In this document: piece after piece, positions 45,335 through 51,115 of the stretch
How positions within the stretch are numbered: position 1 is the first letter of the stretch
Layout of the letters: each line of letters starts with the position of its first letter
Source of the DNA: Candidatus Brocadiia bacterium
GTDB taxonomy: Bacteria; Planctomycetota; Brocadiia; SM23-32
DNA: 51,115 nucleotides
Direction: 5' to 3'
Assembly (NCBI GenBank): GCA_046538485.1
Contig: JBKHIT010000034.1
Coordinates: 1 to 51,115 of the forward strand
The notes under the pieces: model-generated
Seen by the model: the letters and a program-made list of their open reading frames with translations, nothing else
Told to the model about the DNA's origin: nothing
Database searches by the model: none
Program-made: the position numbers and the translations under genes

Positions 45335-46120
45335 ATGAGTGTGCTGGATATGTTTTCTCTTGACGGACGCGTTGCGTTGATGACCGGCGGTGCGAGTGGA
45401 TACGGCCTTCAGTGTTCAAGAGCTCTGGCGGAAAGCGGTGCCAGGACGTACATGGCCTCCCGGTATCTGGACAAACTCGAAGAAGTTGCCTCGCAACTTC
45501 GCGATGAAGGGAATGATGTGACGGCCCTCCAGTTTGACCAGGGAGATGAGTCAACGATTGTGGCACTTCGCGATGAAGTCTTGAAACGGAGCGGACGGAT
45601 CGACGTGCTGGTCAATAATGCTGTCTCCCGCCCCATGACGGGAGGGTGGGATGACAGCGTGGAACGGTTTGACGAAAGCATGCATGTGAACGCGACCGGA
45701 CTTTTCGCTGTTACCAGGGCAGTGGGAGAGGTGATGATCGAGCATGAGAGCGGGTCGATTATCAATATCGGCTCCATGATGGGAATGGTGGGCGTCGAAC
45801 ATCATAATTACGACGGAACGGATATGAGCGGCTGGTACCCCGACTATTTTTTCCACAAAGGTGGTATGATTAATTTTACGCGATTTTGCGCCAGCTACTT
45901 CGGCCGATACGGTGTGCGCGTAAACTGCGTCTCCCCGGGAGGTTTGAAAAGCTCCGATCACCCGGACGATTTTGTGGAGAATTATTCCGCGAGAACGCAA
46001 CTTGGGCGACTGGCCAATGATTCTGACCTTATGGGCGCCATTGTGTTCCTGGCCTCAGACGCATCGTCGTACATCACGGGCACGAATATACCCGTTGATG
46101 GCGGATACACGGCGAAATAG
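45335..46120 (+). CDS. SDR family oxidoreductase
   Basis: TGGASGYG, DVLVNNA, INIGS, YFFHK (YxxxK), VNCVSPGG, VDGG. Confidence 0.93.
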   Translation: MSVLDMFSLDGRVALMTGGASGYGLQCSRALAESGARTYMASRYLDKLEEVASQLRDEGNDVTALQFDQGDESTIVALRDEVLKRSGRIDVLVNNAVSRPMTGGWDDSVERFDESMHVNATGLFAVTRAVGEVMIEHESGSIINIGSMMGMVGVEHHNYDGTDMSGWYPDYFFHKGGMINFTRFCASYFGRYGVRVNCVSPGGLKSSDHPDDFVENYSARTQLGRLANDSDLMGAIVFLASDASSYITGTNIPVDGGYTAK

Positions 46121-46209
46121 TGGAGCAGAGCCCTGCCGCCTGTATGTGGCGGCCGTGTCCGCCGCATGTCATTAGCAGGGCCACCGGCCTGCGGCAATGT
46201 CGTGTTTCT

Positions 46210-46308
46210 GGCCTAACAGCGAGATTGCCGCGAAACGCCTCGCAATGACATTGTGAACCTGGACGGCTTAACGCACACTGAACGCGTACAAGCCACAGCA
46301 CTCCAAAA
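46210..46308 (+). repeat. GAGATTGC...CGCAATGAC family repeat followed by REP tail CAGCACTCCAAAA
   Basis: Related to 36471-36568; 46296-46308 matches the predicted IS110 target at 11 of 13 nt. Confidence 0.65.
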
Positions 46309-46384
46309 TGCTTCACCGAACTTACGTGCGAGAGTACTGAGGATCCCGATTCGAATACTCCATGCAGAAAAGGTTTAATCCAGG

Positions 46385-47392
46385 ATGAGTGGAAAAAAGC
46401 AGGTTTTGATCATAGGCGCTGGTGGAATTGGCAAACGACATATCCGCGGCTACCTGAAGACCGGGCGTGCGGCTCTATCGGTTGTTGAACTTCGTGCGGA
46501 GCGGCTTGAGGAGGTCATGGAGGCTTACGATATACAGGAAGGTTATGAACGGCTGGAGAACGCCAACCTGCCAACTTTTGACCTTGCTGTCATTTGCGTT
46601 CCCGCTAATCTGCACGTCCCTTTGTCGAAACGGTGCGCGGAAGCCGGCGTCTCGTTTATGGTGGAAAAACCACTGTCAGTGGACTTGGAAGGTGTGGATG
46701 ATCTTCTGACAGCTGTTGAGGAAAATGGTGTCGTTGCCCGCGTGGGATATGTGCGACGAAGCAGCAACGAACTGATGGAAATGCGAAAACAGGTCGAGAA
46801 TGGCAGGATCGGCGAGACCAGAATGTGCTACATGAACGCGTCGCAGGAGTATCCCAAATACCGTCCCGATTACCGGGACATTTATTACGCCCATGAAGAC
46901 ATGGGCGGCGGGGCAATTCTCGACTGCGCGAGCCATTTTATCGATATTTTGCTCTGGTTTTTTGGCACACCAACGGAAGTGTCCGCAATGTATGACCGCC
47001 TTGAGCTGGAAGGCGTGGAGTGTGAAGATTCATGCCTGATATCGATCAGATTCGAAAACGGCCAGATGGCTCAGATCAACATCAACCAGTTTCAGAAACC
47101 AAACGTGTCGACAATTGACATGGTCGGCACGGAGGGAAACTTGCTGCTCGATCACGCGGAATTAAAATTTGCCGATGATGATTCGGGCAACTGGGAGACG
47201 ACGGATTTTCAGGAAGGAATGACTCCGATGGAAATCCACGAAGGACGATTCCGTTTCCAGGCGAATATGATGATGGATGCCGCGGAAGGCCAACCGGATC
47301 ACCTGACAACTTTGCAGGAGGCGAAAGTCAATTTACAGGTCGCTCTGGCGGCCAAGGAATCGTATCGGACGAAACAAATCGTTGCACTCTGA
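46385..47392 (+). CDS. Gfo/Idh/MocA family oxidoreductase
   Basis: IIGAGGIG..H, P..LH, VEKP, GGGAILDCASHFID, GTEG. Confidence 0.92.
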   Translation: MSGKKQVLIIGAGGIGKRHIRGYLKTGRAALSVVELRAERLEEVMEAYDIQEGYERLENANLPTFDLAVICVPANLHVPLSKRCAEAGVSFMVEKPLSVDLEGVDDLLTAVEENGVVARVGYVRRSSNELMEMRKQVENGRIGETRMCYMNASQEYPKYRPDYRDIYYAHEDMGGGAILDCASHFIDILLWFFGTPTEVSAMYDRLELEGVECEDSCLISIRFENGQMAQININQFQKPNVSTIDMVGTEGNLLLDHAELKFADDDSGNWETTDFQEGMTPMEIHEGRFRFQANMMMDAAEGQPDHLTTLQEAKVNLQVALAAKESYRTKQIVAL

Positions 47393-47569
47393 AAATCGGT
47401 GATCGTGACGGGTTCTTAGTGGTTTGGTTCGTAAATACGGTCACGTTTGCCGGAACGGATTTTCGGCCCGTTGTGGCGAGGCATTTAGAGACCGGCAACA
47501 TGTTGATCTGAATTTAGATGATCACAATTATCCCCGTTTAAGTCGCAGAAAAGAGAGGAGATTTTCCGT

Positions 47570-48403
47570 ATGGATTTCAGGATGAGGCCGAGCCGGGTCC
47601 TTAAAAAACTCAGGAACGGTGAAGTCGTCAATAGTTTCAAATTGAACCTCGCGGACATTCGCGCGACCCAGATCGCGGCAGGCTTCGGGTTTGACTGCAT
47701 CTGGACGTGCATGGAACACGTGCCAAATGATCTCGCGACTGTCGAGGCTCAGATCGCTGCAGCGAAAGGTTACAACGTCGATGTGATGTGCAGGGTAAAA
47801 CGCGGGAGTTACAGCGACTACATTTTGCCTCTTGAACTTGACGCGGCCGGGATCATGGTTCCGCACGTGATGGGAGTCGAGGATGCCCGAGAGGTCATTC
47901 GCATGTGTCGTTTCCAGCCGATCGGGCGCCGGGCAGCCGATGGAGGGAACGCGGACGCGGCTTTCTGTAATGTCGATTTTAAGGATTACGTGAGACAGGC
48001 GAACCGGGAGCGTTTTATTATTCTTCAGATCGAAGATCCTGAAGCGCTGGACGAAATGGATGCGATCTGTGAGCTGGAGGGTTTCGATGTCCTTCTGTTC
48101 GGACCGGGCGATTTCAGCCACGCCATCGGACACCCGGGGAAGATGGATCATCCACTCGTGCAGGAGACCCGTGAACGGGTTGCGAAAATCGCGCGCAAGC
48201 ATGGTAAATTTGCGGGTGCAGTGGGCACCCCTGAAAACCGTCAGGAATTAATCGATATGGGGTATCAATTCCTCAATATGGGCGCTGACGTTGTTGGCCT
48301 GAGCAATTATTGTCGTGAAGTCGCCGCCGGATGCGGGATCCAAACTCCCAATCGGCTGGCGGGGTACTACGAAAGCGAAAAGACGTCCGGCGAAAGCGAG
48401 TAG
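47570..48403 (+). CDS. HpcH/HpaI family class II aldolase
   Basis: GFDCIW..MEH, CRV, GIMVPHV, QIE, FGPGDFS. Confidence 0.9.
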   Translation: MDFRMRPSRVLKKLRNGEVVNSFKLNLADIRATQIAAGFGFDCIWTCMEHVPNDLATVEAQIAAAKGYNVDVMCRVKRGSYSDYILPLELDAAGIMVPHVMGVEDAREVIRMCRFQPIGRRAADGGNADAAFCNVDFKDYVRQANRERFIILQIEDPEALDEMDAICELEGFDVLLFGPGDFSHAIGHPGKMDHPLVQETRERVAKIARKHGKFAGAVGTPENRQELIDMGYQFLNMGADVVGLSNYCREVAAGCGIQTPNRLAGYYESEKTSGESE

Positions 48404-48564
48404 GAAAGAGCGAGAAATCGGGCCATAATCATATCACCGTCACCGTGCTCGAAAACAGAGCATTTGGCGTCGGAGCATACCGGACAGTATGGGAGCCGCT
48501 GCATAGGTCGAAATGTAACGATCCCCATCGCAAGGATGGAATGTTTTCTCCTCGTGGCCATGGA

Positions 48565-48715
48565 GACTCGAGTTCACCTGAGCTCGCCATCGGGGGCGAG
48601 ACTGGACTTGAGGCGGACAACTCCCGGAGAATGCAAACACGAGGGACACTTCAACACACTCCTCCGCGTTCTGAACTCCAGACCCCGCAGAGTGGGACTG
48701 AAGTCCAGTCCGCTC
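48565..48715 (+). repeat. Bipartite repeat, modules B (48565-48620) and A (48665-48715)
   Basis: Same modules as 651-788; lies between convergent genes. Confidence 0.75.
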
Positions 48716-48748
48716 ATCTCATTGCCTTCGCAACCATCATGCGGCTCA

Positions 48749-50233
48749 TCAAGCATCGGGCCGGGTGGCGTTTCCTGCCCGGATTTCTTCCATCCTTTGT
48801 CCCATACGTTGAATTTCATCCGGATTCTCAAACGCGCGGTTGTAGATCTGGCTGATATCATCGGACAGGTCGTAGAGCTGAGGCCAGATGCTGTTCCCGG
48901 TTTCGTTGCCGGTGTTGCCCATATACCGGGGGCCTTCATGGGGCGGGATAAAAACGCGAGCGCCCTGACGGATGACGGTTTTCGCTCCGATTCCTTCCAC
49001 CACCAGCTCCTCGCGTCCCTGTGAGTCTTCACCCAGTAAAGCGGACAGGACATCGAAGCTGTCAGGCGCTGCTTCTGGCTGGAGAGGTTGTTCAAGCAGG
49101 CGGGCGATGGAAGCGTAAAAGTCCACGTGGCTGACGAGCGCTTGCGTTTCCCCGGCGTCGACCTTTTCCGGCCACCTGAGAATGAACGGCACCCGTGTTC
49201 CACCATCATACATGCTGTATTTGCCGCCTCGTAGAGGGCCGGCGGGACGATGGTCGTGCTTGCGGCTGAGTTCAAACGCCTGGTCGTCATAACCATCGTC
49301 CAGGACCGGCCCATTATCACTGGAGAAAATGACGATGGTATTCTCAGCCAGACCGAACTCTTCGAGCGCATCGAGTAGCTGACCGACGCACCAGTCCATC
49401 TCGACGATCACATCGCCGCGGGGCCCCAGTCCTGTCGTCCCCGCAAAACGGGGCGCCGGCAACCGCGGGACGTGGGGCTGGTGGACGGCGTAGTAGAGGA
49501 AGAACGGTTCATCCTGATGGTCTTCGAGGAAAGATACAGCTTTCCCCAGAAAACGTTCGGCCATTTCTTCGTCTTTCCATAGCGCGTTTGTGCCACCGCG
49601 CATGTAGCCGATCCGCCCCACACCGTTCACGATTGTCATATCGTGGCCGTGGGTATGCCGCATGCGTAGTTTTCCCGGATTCGCTCGGCCTGTGGGCTTG
49701 TCCGGGTACGGATTGGAGCTTCCATAGGTTACGTCGATAGGGTCCGAAGCATCGAGGTCAACCACGTCGCGCCCGTCCAGATACACGCAGGGCACGCGAT
49801 CGTTTGTAGCGGCCATGATATACGAATAATCGAATCCGACATCGAGAGGTACTCTGGGCAGAGGGTTATTCCAGTTGGGGTTCCCATCGCCAATACCAAC
49901 GTGCCATTTCCCAACCACGCCCGTCGCGTAGCCGGCATCTCGGAGCATGGACGGAATGGTTGGTTCGTCGGGACCGATGATGAGGGGCGCGTCGCCGGCC
50001 AGGACATGAGCATTTTCATTCCGCCATGGGTAAGATCCTGTGAGAAGGCTGTAGCGAGAAGGAGTGCAGGTGGCGGCAGTCGCATACCCCTGTTGAAAAC
50101 GCAGGCCATCCTCCGCAAGGCGGTCGACGTTCGGGGTAGGGATGGCGGAAGCTCCGTAACATCCGATATCACCGAACCCGAGATCATCAGCGTAAAGAAC
50201 AACAATATTTGGTCGGTCAGAAGGCTGAGGCAT
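48749..50233 (-). CDS. Cys-type formylglycine-dependent sulfatase
   Basis: PNIV..ADDLG, CTPSRYSLLTG, GKWH, PHVP, SSDNG, GGK...DGGTRVP, LYDL..D. Confidence 0.93.
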   Translation of the reverse strand: MPQPSDRPNIVVLYADDLGFGDIGCYGASAIPTPNVDRLAEDGLRFQQGYATAATCTPSRYSLLTGSYPWRNENAHVLAGDAPLIIGPDEPTIPSMLRDAGYATGVVGKWHVGIGDGNPNWNNPLPRVPLDVGFDYSYIMAATNDRVPCVYLDGRDVVDLDASDPIDVTYGSSNPYPDKPTGRANPGKLRMRHTHGHDMTIVNGVGRIGYMRGGTNALWKDEEMAERFLGKAVSFLEDHQDEPFFLYYAVHQPHVPRLPAPRFAGTTGLGPRGDVIVEMDWCVGQLLDALEEFGLAENTIVIFSSDNGPVLDDGYDDQAFELSRKHDHRPAGPLRGGKYSMYDGGTRVPFILRWPEKVDAGETQALVSHVDFYASIARLLEQPLQPEAAPDSFDVLSALLGEDSQGREELVVEGIGAKTVIRQGARVFIPPHEGPRYMGNTGNETGNSIWPQLYDLSDDISQIYNRAFENPDEIQRMGQRMEEIRAGNATRPDA

Positions 50234-50640
50234 GAGGGTACCTTTGCTGAAAAAGTTTCTGACAGATTATGGTCTAGCCTGCATCTTACGGATGCAGGCT
50301 ATATAAAACGGCGCATGCCGTTCAGGTGTAAGAACTTACAACAACAAGAAGTGTTCAAACTGTCCGGTCAGTGCTACTGTGCCGGAAGATTTCTGTATCT
50401 TACTTGTGAAAAAGCAGTTAAGGCCAACCGTTTCTCAAAGTAGCGTTTGCCTCGTTGGTGATCACTGATTTTAAGTTGTCAGATTTATACGCCGTTTTTT
50501 TAGCCCGGATTTTTGGCTGAGAAGGGTTGTGAACGGTTTTCAATAAAGATTCTACCCTGATTTGGCAAGAATGGCTTCCAATTATCCGTAAAATCCGGGC
50601 TAGGGTTGGCGCTCATAATATGACATGTGAAAGTAAAATG

Positions 50641-51036
50641 CTAAGCCATTTCCCAAACGCACTCGACGTTGAAAAAGGAAACATCCAGAGCGGGAAAGGC
50701 TTCTGAAAGGATTGTTGCAAAATGTTCCAGCCCTGGATTCTCACTGATTTCATGGCTGGTTTCGATAATCGGGATACCACATTCGGTCGCAAAACGGAGC
50801 CCAAGATTATCAGATTCCCCCGCAATAAAGGCGTCACAACCAGCCTCGATTAGCCTTTGCTGATAGCCAACATTTGTGAAAAGCCCAAGACCACCCCATG
50901 GCAGCCCAATCCTTTTGACCAATTTATTGGGGATGCCCGCATCTCCCACCCGCAGGGATGCCATGCTCGTTTTTTTCTTTACTTGTTCGATGAGCTCTGA
51001 AAAAGGAGTGGGTCTCATGATGAAGACGAAATTCAT
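50641..51036 (-). pseudogene. C-terminal part of a Nif3-like dinuclear metal protein
   Basis: VKRIG..WGG.G, CDAFIAGE, IIETSHEISENPGL; an in-frame stop upstream (near 51107) means the N-terminal half is missing in this frame. Confidence 0.6.
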
Positions 51037-51115
51037 TGTGTGTCTCCGGTAACAAATGTCACTAGTCCCAACATAAGCACATCCAAATCCGCATAAATGC
51101 CGATATTAAGTAGAA

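Noticed and set aside
1..51115. tRNA, rRNA and riboswitch genes; the many antisense or overlapping ORFs in the track
   Set aside because: No cloverleaf, rRNA or riboswitch signature recognised by eye (a covariance-model scan was not possible); shadow ORFs overlap well-supported genes.

Overview
Chromosomal segment, probably from an anaerobic, carbohydrate-degrading PVC-superphylum (Planctomycetota-like) bacterium; taxonomy is inferred from an H-X9-DG remnant, a sulfatase and the repeat families, and many proteins look Asp/Glu-rich. (1) 1-2850 is an accessory zone of REP-like palindromes with a CoiA-like nuclease gene, gene remnants and a truncated IS110-family element. Its left non-coding end folds into a two-loop bridge-RNA-like structure whose putative guides match the element's own insertion junction (predicted target CCGCACT-CC-AAAG, the tail of a REP-like hairpin; donor ...-CC-TACA). 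The target hairpin supplies a -35 box 17 bp from the element's -10 box, so the orphan RNA may still be transcribed. This is the top finding. (2) 2855-12732 is a minus-strand operon with a permuted, split rnf cluster lacking rnfB: rnfE-rnfA-foldase-aminotransferase-rnfC-rnfD-rnfG-scpB-HD hydrolase. (3) 12800-29000 holds housekeeping and mixed genes: DUF62 SAM hydrolase, fused E1 alpha/beta 2-oxoacid dehydrogenase, tRNA-binding protein, polysaccharide lyase, divergent gltX/glnS, CBM9-esterase, superoxide reductase, rhodanese. (4) 29244-50233 is a large sugar-catabolism region: UroD-like proteins, DUF2961/GH172, GH29, a DeoR regulator with a tandem operator, a 12-gene putative amino-sugar pathway interrupted by composite REP elements, and a sulfatase. 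About eight short gene remnants indicate deletion-driven erosion. No tRNA, rRNA or CRISPR array was recognised. All calls are by eye from motifs; no database searches or folding programs were run.
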